Shown one piece after another: positions 39,816 to 53,110 of a stretch of 64,000 nucleotides of DNA. The translations under genes and the position numbers were made by a program. Origin of the DNA: Camelus ferus (Eukaryota); assembly GCF_009834535.1 (NCBI RefSeq), contig NC_045697.1, forward strand, positions 21,144,001 through 21,208,000, in the 5' to 3' direction. Every line of letters begins with the position of its first letter. Within the stretch, counting starts at the first letter, position 1. The notes beneath the pieces were generated by a model. That model made no database searches and was not told the origin of the DNA. It saw only the letters and a program-made list of their open reading frames with translations.

Positions 39816-42049
39816 AAAATACATTTTGTGTGACTTTTTCTTTTAGTTTTTTAGTGTTTTGTAGTAATGCATAAAATGTTCTTTTTATTAGAGAAAAACC
39901 TAACTAACCTTGTATGCAATTAGTTATATTTAGAGGGCTTTGTATCAAATCTACAAATGTAGTTCTTGGTTACATTGGACCCTCCTTGCCCCACCTCCCT
40001 ATTAGAAATATGTAATTTAAAAAGTCATAGCTGTTAAGAGAAATAGACAAACCACCAGGAAAGCTAAAATTATCTGCAGCCTCATTTGAGGAAAAAAGAA
40101 GTGAATAGGATAATGTTACATCAAAACAAAATCACTGATCTAAATATAGAAATGTAATGAATGTAATTTCTCCTTCTTTAAGAAAATCTCCATCAACAAT
40201 CTCTCCCTTTTACTTTTCAATGAAGTGTTGCTTGCAGTTAATGTATCTTTCCAAGAAAAACATTCCAGATTTTAATATAAAAAAGTAGTATTGTATAGTC
40301 TTACCATAATAATTTTGTTTTATAACCAGATTGTACTTCAATACTTCATCTTTGATCATAAAACCACAACTATATAATAGAGTTAATAATGTAAATTAAT
40401 TTTAATACATAATTACGTGTATAATGGCTCAATGAATAAAAGTTAAGTATAAATTATTGCAGTAGAACCTAAAAATATTAACTTATCATAATGTCTTTAC
40501 TAATTTTAGCATCATTATTAGTTTTCAAGATAATTATATATATGAAGGTTCTAATTTGTTTCTCATTTCTCACTCACTTGAAAAGTAAAATGATTATTTA
40601 AAACCTTTGAAGAATAAAATCCATTGTTGACAGAACAAATTCAAACTTCATTACCAAAATTTCCATGATGGCAGAAGGATACAATCACAAATTTCCATCA
40701 TTACTGCCAGCTTCATCAGACATGGGGACTGTCATCACAGGAGATGGAATGAAGGAGAAAACAAGGCGACCTGAATCAGAGAATTTTTTCCTGGGGTGAA
40801 ATTACTGAGACATCATTAAAGGAATGTCCATTATTCATCATTATCTCATATGCATCATCTAATTTAATTATCACAAGAACCTCATCAAGTTGTCGTTTTT
40901 CCCATAATAAAATAAGAATTTGAAACCAAGACGCTTGGCTCTGAAATCTGTGTTTCTGTTACTATTACACAGAGCCAAGCTGATTGATACTTTCTTTCTA
41001 CCCAATAGTTGTGATTTTATTCATCTGATTATTTTATTCATCTGATAGGGGATTCTTGTTCTCCTCTGGATCTGAGTTTTTTGTTACAGAGTTTGGGCAT
41101 GAGATGTGATTAAAGAAGAGTTATAATACAATGCTGGCTTAATTTCATCTTATTATCACACTATTTTTTCTAGAAACACTGCCAGAATGCTACCTATGGT
41201 GAATGGTAACATCAGGAATAGGAATAAATATTTCAAATAATTTTATTTTGATTTTTACCTGAATAACTGAATTAATAAATCACTTTCAAGTAATTTCTTG
41301 AATAATAAATTTATTTCTTGAAAATAAATAGCATTTTCAAATACTTTCTCTTGAAATTTGCTTCAGGCTTTGTCTAAGAATACTTTGATGCTTTGTCTTC
41401 TCTTTATAACCTTCTTTCTCATCTTAATTAACCATAGAATGGAAATAACATTTTATAATTTTTATTTTTATTACCATTATTTTAAGTATTTACTCATATT
41501 TCTGACCTTGTTTTTAATGTAAATGTGAAGCAGATTAATGTATTTTTTATTTTCAAACATTAAGAAATCCTTAAATGTATTCATAAATTTCAGTCATATC
41601 ATATATGTTTCTCATTGTTTACTCTGTTACTCATTCATTGATTCAGCAAATAATAATTGAACAACCACTATATGGGACAGCAGTTGAAGACACCTCCCAA
41701 CTGTGTAGGGCAAGGATGGGATTGACTGAGCTTAAGGTGTAAAGTACAGAGGATCAGGGTTGATCTGGGAGATTGGGGCTTCTTACTCTGCCTGGTAAAG
41801 GTTAAGGATGCAAGGAAAACAGTTCTGTTTTTCTCAAAGCTGATAGTGGTGGAGAGGCCCAGAGTGGTGGGGGTAAGGAGCAGGCTTTTAAAAAAGAGGG
41901 TCAAACTTCTGATTCCAGATGCCTTCCCATGACTCCTAAAAGTGTCAATTAAATATTATGCCTCTTCTTCTTTGGCAAAACTTGTCAGCAAGTCAGATCA
42001 TTCACATTTCAGTTTTTTGTTTCTTTCTAAATCACATTAATGAAGTTCT

Positions 42050-42260
42050 CTTTACTGGAAATAAGACTTACAAATTATGTAAACTTAGACAAATTACTCA
42101 AGCTTTCTAGACTTCAGTTTTTTTTTAATCTTAAACTAAGGATAGGAATACCACATAGTTAATATATTTATTGTGTGGTTTAAATTAATTAATTCAAGTA
42201 AACACCTAGAACATTTTCTGACGTACTGAAAGTGTACATTCAATAAATATGAGTTACTAC
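42050..42260 (+). mobile_element. MIR SINE
   Basis: ACTTAGACAAATTACTCAAGC...CTTCAGTTT...AAGGATAGGAATACC...AAACACCTAGAACA...TCAATAAATATGAGTTAC. Confidence 0.6.
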
Positions 42261-45070
42261 TACCTTAGTACCAACATGATAAAGATGAGGAGGTGGTTGC
42301 TATTTCAAACAGTTATTACAATCTTCTTGTCTCTTTTTTCAAGATTATGGTTTGTTTCCTTTGTTTATTTTATATTTGTTTAGGTATATCCATACTTTAC
42401 TTTCTGATTCCATAATCAATATTTGTTTCCTTTTTATTTCTCTGGAATACCACAAAACCATCTATAATAAAAATTTTAAATATGTTGCCGATTTATGGGC
42501 AATAATTGTGTATTCTTATTACCATGAGATAGCACATACATATATGTGGTGTTGATTGTATAAAAAAAATTTTAGGTGCCAGACTAAATCAAGGGTATTT
42601 TTAAATACTTCCCGGGCTAGGTTTAATTTTGGTTTGTATAAAGTGGTCAGTGAGACCGGGTGTTTGGACAGAAACTTACAGATTATTCAGTAAAGATGCT
42701 CGCCCAGTCTCTTATTCAGTATTCATATAGCGCTACATTGGCTCAGCCCTCCTTCCCCTTTCATATCTGAGCATCTCTGGGTCTCCTGCTTGAAAAGACA
42801 GTGCAATGTCTACTGGCCCACAATTTAACATCGGAGTTGGGAGTGGCTGTGGTGTTTTAGTCCTTTTACATGGATGCTACCCAGTTACCACTCTGATTTT
42901 ACATATGTGTGTTTAGTCCTCTTTCTTCTTATAAAGCACCAATATCAACTGGTAACAGTTTAAAAAGACATTCTACAGAAGTAAATGCTGCATCTATTTA
43001 TTTTAAGTGTATCTTTGAGGAAAATAATATATATGTATTTTATAGGTTTGAGAATAATGGTTAAATCATAATTTATTAATTTAATCTTTTTAAAATTCTC
43101 TCATAAAAGAGTAGGAAAAATCAATGAGTATGTGGCAGGTTTTCTAGGGGCTTCAAGAAAGGAAATTGGATCAAAGAACCCTGTATCCATTAATAATGAT
43201 ATTACCTCTTACTTGCTTACATTAATTTTTTTTAAATTCATATCTATATGTCCTGGCTGTACTTTGATATTTATTTGGTCATGTTTGCTTATTCCATATC
43301 TACATATATATCTTCTTTTAGCTTGTTTGAAATAAATGTTCTATGTTAATTAAAGATCTTACTTAGTTTGAATCCCAATTCAAGCACAGACACAGGCATT
43401 TGAAGAAATGGTCTATGTTTAAAGACTTGTGTAGAACAGTCTTCAGGGTAAACATTGTTAGGTCCTTGGTAAGTGAAGACTACTAAGGTTGCCGCTATTA
43501 ATTTTGCTTAGGACAAAGTTTAATGTCTCCGGAGACATGAATGGATCTAGGTCTTTACAAAAGAGAAAAACAAAAGAGTCATGCATCTCACCAAAAGGAA
43601 AAAGAAAAAGAAAAAAAAGTTTGGTTGGATGAAAACATACGTACCTTGAAATATATTTTCTCAATATTTATCTGTTTGTGAACAAATACTAATTTGATCA
43701 TACTATGTTAAAAGCATAATGTAGGCTATTAAGGAATAAAAGATATAACTGGCCTTGAACACTTTACAATGTATTGGTGAAGACAGGGAACATTCACGTT
43801 AAAGTAAATATCTAAGCATAGTCAATACATATATTCAGGACCAAATGAATGGCATAATAAAATATAGCTCCCTATCTCCTACCAACATTCTAATAATCAT
43901 CTTTTTAGTAGCTACTGTATATCATTACCTGGAAAGTTTTCCTAATACCTAATAGTAGAGAGCAAGTCATTTATTCTTGTTCTATCTCAGCACACAAAGT
44001 GAACAGCCATCACTCAAAGATGTTCATTTCATTTTACTTGACTTTTAGCCCTTTTGGAAAATGAATCCTTAAATAGGCATTAATGAATAACCTTTTAAGT
44101 CACTGTCAAAGTTTAATTTACAAGTAACTTTAAATTTTCTGTTAACCCATGGCATCACACCAGTATTATAGCTACGTTTGGTTTTGTTTAGATTAAGAAC
44201 AGGGGACTGATTTTTACAGATCGAGCTAGATGCCCATGAATATAAAGAATCCTTTCAGAATTGTATAAAATTACTGAAAATTCTCTTTTACTAATAGTGT
44301 TTTTTGACTTATCAGAAATGCACAGTAAAAAGTCAAAGCAAATTCTATTGCTAATGTTTTAAGGAGAAAATTATATTGTAGTGAATAATTTTGCTAAGTC
44401 TAAAACAAGGATAACAGTACAGAGAATATAATGAACTTCTAACCTTAGCTTTCTTTACTAGAAACCCTCAGAGCTCAGACTACACATGTGACAGCTTAAC
44501 CAAGAGGCAAACTAACTTTTTTCTCCTTGAAAATATTTGTTTAGATTATGATTCAGAAATTGGACAAACCCAGGTAACTAATCAGACAATAGTCCCCAAT
44601 ATATTCCATTCATTTTTAATTACGTATTTAATTACCTTGAATCAACTGGATTTTGAGAGTTGGGAAAAGGGCAGAGAAGTAAACAGCATAGCTAGCATTT
44701 CTAGACATACTCAATCAATAAAAAGCACAGTGTTGGAGTACTGCTGTATTTATTTTTCCATCTGATTTTAGACAAACATTTCCAAATTTCTAAAAAGTAC
44801 TATTTTTAACCCTAAAACTAGGAATAAAGTTCAAAGATGCTGATGACCTTGTTAAAGGTACACTTGTTTAAGATGTTTGTAAGTACTTTGGAAAGACCAA
44901 ACTTGTCTCAGCCATTTTATACATATCCTTAGATGAAAAGTCTAGCTTGTATTTCAGAGTCCTCTCACAATGATAGAAAACGTGTCATTGCTTCTGTTCG
45001 GGCTGCTCTTCTACAAGTGTTTGGGTGGCGGCATCACCTGCAGTTTCTTTGGAGGCTCCTCTGTGAGCTC

Positions 45071-45215
45071 TTTTTTTTTTTAACATTTTTTATTGATTTA
45101 TAATCATTTTACAGTGTTGTGTCAAATTCTAGTGTTCAGCACAATTTTTCAGTCATGCATGGACATATACACACTCATTATCACATTTTTTCCTCTGTGA
45201 TTCCCTATGCTATCC
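45071..45215 (-). mobile_element. Young camelid L1 3'-end fragment with poly(A) tail (poly-T on + strand)
   Basis: TTTTTTTTTTTAACATTTTTTATTGATTTATAATCATTTTACAGTGTTGTGTCAAATTCTAGTGTTCAGCACAATTTTTCAGTC resembles the camelid L1 3' terminus. Confidence 0.8.
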
Positions 45216-45329
45216 ACTCTTAACTATAATCACATCTTCTCATTCCACAGGCTTATCTTCAGCATTTAAACATTTTTTTTTCATGTAAAACTTAACAAAA
45301 CAAGTAAAGGCATCAGTATCCACATACAC

Positions 45330-45800
45330 ACACAAAAAATTCTCCTTCCATGCTATTATTTTCCTCAATTTGCAGCCAAGCTTCTAATATTCTCTCTATG
45401 CATGTTTCCAGTTTGTGAGCTCACATTATGTTCTCCACCTGCAACAAAGCAACTTCCACTCCATGCCAGTGAAACTGCTCTGAACATGTGTAACCACCTC
45501 TTGTTTGTATAATAGATTTTTATTTTCCCTTGAACTGTCTGTTTTACTTAGCAGTACTGACTGCCGAGTTTGAATCGTACCATTTCTTCAGTTTTCATGA
45601 TACCGTGATATCCTTCCTACTCACCCAGCTCTTTCCCCAGTTGGGTTTCTTTTTCTCTGTCCATCCTCTCTCCATCCTTTAATTTGTGATTCTTCTTGAA
45701 GATTTTTCTTTGATTTCATTCTATTGTCTTCCTCGTATGGTCTATCTACAATTATGGATTCAATATTGGCTATACATTGGTGATGCCCAAATCTAGATCT
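45330..45800 (+). mobile_element. L2 fragment
   Basis: Pyrimidine-rich: CAGTGAAACTGCTCTG...ACCACCTC...TTTCATGATACC...TGATGCCCAAATCTA. Confidence 0.55.
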
Positions 45801-47024
45801 ACACGCTGTATTGCACTAATAATCATAGCATTAATGTATTTGCATTTTTACTAAAAAGTGGCATTTAAATCTGCAGAAAACTCAAAATGATGATTTTCAC
45901 TTTCTCTTATAACACAGTAAAATGTAATACCTGCCAATTTTATCTGGGGCAACAATGATCTTGAGCTAATTAATTTCTGTTCCTTTAAAATTGGACCGTG
46001 TAGTCACTTGAGTTTTAGAACCACAATAAAGAATGAAGATACAGACTTGGAGCCTAATAGACCAATGTCTTTGGGCTAAATGGCATTAGACACGCTTATT
46101 TCATGTCTCTCCATCAATATGTTCTGTAAAGTAAAAAATAAAATATACATTGACTAGGCTTTTGATATAATTAGAAAATATTTCTTCTTTATCAATTTAT
46201 TTATTTGTTACATTTATGTAGTTATGTATCAAGTACTGAGGTGGATGCTGAAGGATGCACATGGCTTCTGTCATTCTGGAATTTAAATCCCATGTAGTGT
46301 ATGAAATAATTCTGTAATGATGAGTGTCATTTTAAAAAAATCATGAATTGTGCTGGCATATATGAAACACTTAATAAAAACTAGCTATTGTAATTGTATA
46401 TAAATTAACTTGGGGCAAAAGATTCCTAGAAATTAGAAATTAAATGCATTTGCTTTAGAGTAGGAAAATTAGAAAATGTAGCCACAGTAAAGATTTTATT
46501 GTGAAGTTCATGCTGTAGCTGTTAATCTTTTTTTTTTTTAATTATCTGTTCTAAGGGCTGGGATGAACACTATTCATAATTTCAATTTTTAACAACATAC
46601 ACATAAAATAAGTCAACTGTGTATGGGTGTGTAACTTATAAAAATTATTGTATGTTAATTACCAATCTTACCCCTCAAAGAAGCAAACTATAATCTTGCT
46701 TCTCAGAGGAATAGCAAATATAAGTGGGCTACCAATAAAGATAACAGGAAATTATTTTTGCTGAGAAAAGGTAACTTGTGCAAATCCTTGAAAAATATTA
46801 GTTTTATTTCTTTAGTTTAAATTATTTATCAATATAAGTAGATGCTTTAAATGCCCAGTGGAATGAGATTTACTTCTACTTCTTCAGTATTATTAAACTG
46901 TACATTTTACCTCCATGGAGAGTACTCTAAACAAATTCTCAAGATACTTGTTATTAACTATTAGAAAAATAAAATACTAGCTTTTCATATCTTGTGTCTT
47001 TCAGTGAATTTAAAAAATAATATA

Positions 47025-50000
47025 GACTTCCAGTTTCTGTTTCTGCATGTAAGTGTACTGGAGTCACCACTGCATTTTAACAAATGCAAAGCTAAACAGA
47101 CTCTAATGTAACAAATCTACTTGAAGAAGAGAAAAGAAGAAGACAGAAAGGAGAGGACAGAGGACAAACCACTGCCCCCAAGATTGGAGAGACTGACAGG
47201 TGAACACAGAGAATAACAATTTACCAGAGCAGAGACTCACAAATGGAAATCTCCAGAGGAATCAGTGCTGGAATTGGAAAGCCTAAATGTAGGTGGTGAG
47301 TAGCTGGAGGCTCAATGTGTACAAGTCTGAGAGTTAAAAACTCCAGGGAGACCCCGTCATAGTGGGGTCCCCACAGTTTTGTAAGATTTACCTCCAGAAA
47401 CTCCATTAGACTTCCACAACAAACATCAGAGAAGGCTCTCCTCAGGCTTTCAGCAGGCAGAGGGGAAAAAGGAGTCATTTTGAAATACTACAGATTACTC
47501 CGTTCTACTTAACAAGGTCTGCTCTGAGGAGGAACTAGTTAACCAGAGACCAACCTGCTGGGATACTATCAGAGCCTAACTGATTGAGGAGAAACAAAAT
47601 ACCCAACTCCAGTCAACTCTAGCTTTTCATGTGGGAAAAGGAAAATACCCTACTTCAGCCCCCTCTAGCTGTCCTGTCCCAACTAACGGGGGTGAAATAA
47701 ACTGGGAAACACTCATGAAATTCACAGTCCAGATGCGTAGACTCACTGAAAGATCAAGGCTAATCATAGGATTCAAGAATGCTTTGCCTTTCCCACATCT
47801 TACTACCACATTACTAAAGGCTTATTTATAGTAGTTTCTTTTACCTGGTACAGCATGTGCAGATATAAAGAAAAAATTACATACCAAAAGAAAAAAAATA
47901 AAAGACTGAGCAAACACCAAAGCCACACATGGCAGAGAAGTTGGAAATAACAGGCTGGACTTTTTCTTAAAAAACTAAGATTAATATGCTAAGGACTTTA
48001 ATAGATAAGGTAGATAGCGTGCAATTACAGACGGGCGATGTAAGCAGGGGGATGGATTCCGAAGATAAAACCAAAAAGAAATGCTAGAGATTAATATCAC
48101 TGTCACAGAAATGAAAAATATCTTTAATGGGCTTACTAGTTGACTGGACATCATTGATGAAAAAAAATCTCCTAGCCAGAGGGTATATAAAAAAAAAAAA
48201 AAAAAAGACAAGGAGAGAAAAAAGGGAATATCCAAAAACTATGGGACAACTACAAAGCTTGTAATATACATGGGAATGCCAGAAGGGGAAGAAAGAAATA
48301 AAGGAACAAACCAAGATCCAGAAAACTAAAATATATATACATATATAAAGTGGAATAAATGCCAAAAAAAAAAAACCCTATGTCTAGGCATATCATTTTC
48401 CAACTACAGAAAATAAAGGATAAAAAAATTCTGAAAAAATCATAAGGAAAATAAAACAAAACAAAATGTCTTCTATACAGAGAAACAAAAATAAGAATTA
48501 TCCATTTGACATCTCAGAAGCCACATAAACTAAAGAGAGTGGAATGAAATATTTAAAGTGCTGAGAGAAAATAAACACCAACCTAGAATTCTGAACCTTG
48601 TGAAATTATTCTTCAAAAATCAAGGAGAAATAAAGACTTTTTCAAAATGATGTAAATTGAGGGAGTGGTTGTCAGAAGACATGCCTTGCAAGAAATGTTA
48701 AAAGTTGTTTAGAGAGAAGGAAAATGTCTGAGGTCAGAAACTCAGATTAACATAAAGAAGAAAAAAGAACATTTAAGGAGAAATAAGTAAAAGTAAAATT
48801 TTATATTTCTTATTCTTAATTGATCTAACATACAACAAGTTGTTCAAAATAATAAGAGTAACAACGTATTTGCTTATGTATATATAATATGCTTATGTAT
48901 GACTTCGGGTATGAGGATGCGTTTTTGGATACAATACCAATGACCCAATCCATTAACGAAATAGTTGATAAGCTGGACTTAAAAAAAATAAATATCTGCT
49001 TTGTGAAAGGCAATGTCAAGAAAATGAGAAGACAAGTCACAGACTGGGAGAAAATATTTGCAAAAGACTCACTCAATAAAAGCTTACTTTCCAAAATATA
49101 CAAAGAACACTTGGAACTCAATAACAATAAAACCAATAAACTGATTAAAAAATGGGACAAACATCTTAGCAGATACCTTACCAGAGAAGATATACAAAAG
49201 AAAAATAAGCATGTAAAATATGTTCCACATGATATGTAAATGCAAATTAAAACAACAATGTGATACCACTACATAACTATTATAGTGGCCAAAATCTGGG
49301 CATTGACAACACCAAATTGTGATGAGGATGTGGAGCAACAGGGAGTCCCTCATATTGCTGGTGGGGATATAAGATGGTAGAACCACTTTAGAAGACACTT
49401 GGCAGTTTCTTATAAAACTAAACACACTCTTACTGTATTATCCAGCAATTATGCTCCTCGGTATTAACACAAAGGAATGGAAATCATGCAAAAACCTGCA
49501 TATATATGTTTATAGCAACTTTATTCTTAATGGTCAAAATTTGGCAGCAACTGAACTTCATTCAGGAAGTGAATGAATAATGAGAGGTACATCCAGAAAA
49601 TGGAATATTATACAATGCTAAAATTAAATGATCAAAGCAAAAAAAAAGACTAACTACTATATGTAAAATAGATAAGCAACAAGTTTCGACTATATAGCAC
49701 AGGGAACGATATTCAATACCTTGTAGTAACCTATAATGAAAAAGAATATGTAAACGAATATATGTATGTATATATGTGAGTGAACTTTTATGTTGTACAC
49801 CAGAAATTGACACAACATTGTAAACTGACTATACTTCAATTTAAAAAAGACATGTTTGAATCTTAAATGTATATTATTATGTAAGACAGATCAATTTGAA
49901 AAGTCTATGTACTGTATTATTCTTACTATATGACATCCTGGTGAAGGCAAAACTGCAGAGATAATACAAATCTCAGTGGTTGTGAGTGTCAGGGGGAAAG

Positions 50001-50330
50001 GGACAAATAAACAGAACACAGAGGAATTTTCAGGGCAGTGAAAATGCTCTGTATGATACTATAATGATGAATGTGATATCTATCATTGAATATTTTTCCA
50101 AATGCATAATATATATAACACCAAGAGTAAACCCTAAGTTAAACTATGAATGTTGGGGGAGTATGATGTGTCAATGTAGGTTTACACTTGGGGAAAAAAA
50201 ACATTCTGGGTAGTAATACAGATAAAGGCGGTGTCTGTGCCTGTGGATGGGTGTGGTATATGGAAATTTTCTGTACCTCCTTTTCAATTTTATTCTAAAT
50301 ATAAACTGTTCTGAAAAAAAGTTTTGAAAA
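47025..50330 (+). mobile_element. L1MC-like element: 5' UTR + ORF1 remnant joined to ORF2 C-terminus + 3' UTR (large internal ORF2 loss)
   Basis: GACTTCCAGTTTCTG 5' end. ORF1-like text includes GAGTGGAATGAAATATTTAAAGTGCTGAGAG and CAACCTAGAATTCTG. ORF 48889-49239 is the L1 ORF2 C-terminus (RRQVTDWEKIFA...SKIYKE...IKKW). The 3' end is L1MC1/2-type (CAGGGCAGTGAAAATGCTCTGTATGATAC, ACACCAAGAGTAAACCCTAA). Confidence 0.85.
49651..49842 (+). mobile_element. Short camelid/artiodactyl L1 3' end inserted in the L1MC-like element
   Basis: Same 3' UTR family as 39160-39350; flanked by the duplication AAAAAAGAC (49642-49650 and 49843-49851). Confidence 0.88.
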
Positions 50331-50879
50331 AATTTCCAAACTTTAAATTTTAACAATTACCTTTTTGCAAAAATGGATAGACTGCTCCCATAAGCCCCCA
50401 TTATTCATCTTTACCATAAGAAAATGATTAAAATTACTTGATGCTGTACTTTAAAATAAGAGTGCATAATTCTTTAAGTTAAATCTGTTTTAACCTGATT
50501 CACATTTTAACTGAATGGAAGCTAGCAAGTCTGATGAAAATAAAATTATCTGACTATATGATATTGTTATAATGGGTTACCTTATGACAATATATTTTAA
50601 AAATTCTCATTAATAATTCATAAGCTTTTTACACAGTAGAAAATTAGGATCTATGAATGCCCCCCTACAAATAACCTGGTTGTATGTATATAAACTGAGA
50701 CTTCTATTTTAAAACTTGAGAGTATTTTCTTTATGTTTCTTTCCTAAGTCACTATTAGCCATTGCCTATGGTGGCCCTGGAAGTTAAAACTTCTCATATA
50801 ATAAAGGTTTTTTCATTTGTTTCTTTAATACAGGTATAATTGAGTTCTAAACTAGAATTTGAAGATTGTGGTTAGTGGA

Positions 50880-51650
50880 AAAAGTAAGTCATCAATAATA
50901 ACAAACTATCAAATCTTTGCTGACGTGCAAGCACAGAAATATCATATTGTGGGAACATTAAGTGTAGGCGGCCAAGGTGGCAAAGGCCCACATAGCATTT
51001 TTTGGAAAAGGTGATCTATTGTATGACTCCTGGGCATAAACTAAATGTAACCTATAGCTGCTGCAAGCATTTCAGTGCCCTAAAGATGGTAATGTCCGCG
51101 GTTAACTCATAGAAGAAGTTGTGATGGTAAATAAAGGGAGAAAACCTGGTTTGGACATCTGTGTTTGAATGAACAACGTGATTTACAAAACCCCTCTTCA
51201 CATGTTGCTCTGGAGAGATGTAAAACAACTCTGTTTTTATGCCATGATGAGAGTTGCTATGGAAAAGCAACTTTGATTTGTGTTGGCCAACTTTTATGTA
51301 ATCAATCAGATTGACTGTGTGACAGTCCAAATCAGTCATTGTGATGGGTGAAAACAGTGAATCGACCTTGCTGCAATCCAGTGTTTGGGTCATACAGGCA
51401 TGAACTATGTCTATATGCCTGAGGCAAATGGATGAAGGAACAGCAGTGAGGTCAATTTGTTTCATTGGCTGTCAGCTCGATCTATTTAGAATCCCTAGGG
51501 CACCCTAATCGAGGCCCTGTGGATCAGTCATTGAGACAGCCAATCACAAATTGCTTCAGTAATTAAGCCATAGTGCTGTGGCATTTATGAGGGCATAAAA
51601 AGTAGATCTCGAAAGAGCTTTTTTTCCTTCCCATCTTAATTAATTATTAA
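50880..51650. promoter_or_regulatory. Candidate conserved enhancer/promoter-like element
   Basis: No repeat recognised and less AT-rich than flanks. Motifs: ATCAATCA 51301-08, TGACAG 51320-25, TGCCTGAGGCA 51416-26, GTTGCTATGGAAA 51253-65, and two opposed CCAAT boxes. Conservation not verified. Confidence 0.5.
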
Positions 51651-52569
51651 ACATCACTTTCTACTGTCAATACCATTCCTTCCAAAACTTGTAAATATTT
51701 ATCTTGACATCTAATACATATTAAAATCTAATAATCAATAAATAAAACACCAGACTACCTAAAAATAGAAGACAGGTCCAATATTGGAAAAGATGATGCA
51801 TCTAATTATAGTTTCCTAAAATGCTGTGATATTGTTTCCATTGCTAAACAAAGAATATTGGAGATCTGTTTAAAAAAACATACATTTAGGTCTTCTATTT
51901 ATTGAAAAAAGTTCCCCTGAAGCACTTAGGATTTTCAAAAATTGTAATTTCTATTCACTTCTGAGTCCAAGATTTCAATATTATTTTTAATATCATTTTT
52001 TTGGTCGCTGCTTCTGTAGGTGTTCTATTATATGTCCCTTCTTAAAACATCTATCAAGTTCACAAGTGTGTTATATCTTTATGCTATATTTTAATGAAAA
52101 TTAAATGGCTTCAAGAAAACCATCATCTTTTAGACCATATGCTATTATTGCCTAATAAAATTATTTCTTACATTTTTCACAGCAGGTGCTTTTTATGTGT
52201 ACATGTATATTTGTGCTAACTAGTTTTTCAAAGTTAGTTTTTAATAAAAAATAAACTCTTTTCTTGTATGATTACAGAGATTCCAGCATGAACCTCCCCC
52301 AGACATTTCTGGGTATAATCTACATGGACTTTTTTTTTTTTTTTGCTTTTCTTCAATTTTAAGCATGACTATAAATTGTTGCCTTTAAATATAAGACAAG
52401 CAAGTGAAGTGAAAGCAAGCTTTCTATGCATCAAATTTTACAAGTTTTGTAGAAAATGAATGAAAATTATGTACATACAGATTATGCACATATATGAATA
52501 CAGACATGCATATATATTCTTTATGACAGAATGACAATACAATATATAGAGTCTACCAGTGATCTTACT

Positions 52570-53110
52570 GAATTTATTTACTTGTTCAATAAATATGATA
52601 TTGAATAACCACTATATTTTTAAGCACTTTTCTATGACCCTGAGGTAGAGAAGAAAATAAAACAAATAAAAAGTTTTTGCCCTTTAGGTGTTAAAATTCT
52701 AGTGGAAGAGACAATAAATAAACAATTAAACAATACAATGTATAATAAAATATCAAATTGGTTAAAGAAATAAGAAGAAAGATTAACATAATAAGAAGCT
52801 AGTGTATATATAGTATGTTATTTTAGTGTGGTCTGGCGCCCTCCCTCTGAGGCAGTGAGATGCATTCTCATTTATGAATGTGGAAAGGAAGAGCCAGAAG
52901 GATACACAGGGGAAAAAGCATTGCACAGAGCATCTCACAGATTAGGGCTCTGAGTCAGAAAGGTTCTTGACATCTCCAGGGGGTAGGAAGTATACCAGTG
53001 TGACTGGAGTATAACGAACAAAAAGTAGAGTCTACACTATGTAAGCGTAGATTACATAAGGCTTTGCAAGGATTTTACGGAAGGATTTTATATGTTGTTC
53101 TAAGTGTGAT
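52570..53110 (-). mobile_element. L2 LINE 3' region
   Basis: ATTTATTTACTTGTTCAATAAATATG...ATTCTAGTGGAAGAGACAATAAATAAACAA...CCAGTGTGACTGGAGT...AAGGATTTTATAT. Confidence 0.7.

Noticed and set aside
48889..49239. 116-aa ORF with real protein similarity
   Set aside because: It is a decayed L1 ORF2 C-terminal fragment, not a host gene. The same applies to ORFs 38217-38441 and 38838-39020.
51052..51465. 137-aa minus-strand ORF overlapping the candidate enhancer
   Set aside because: No recognisable domain or homology and no convincing splice context. Reduced AT content makes a chance ORF plausible; PhyloCSF/tBLASTn would settle it.
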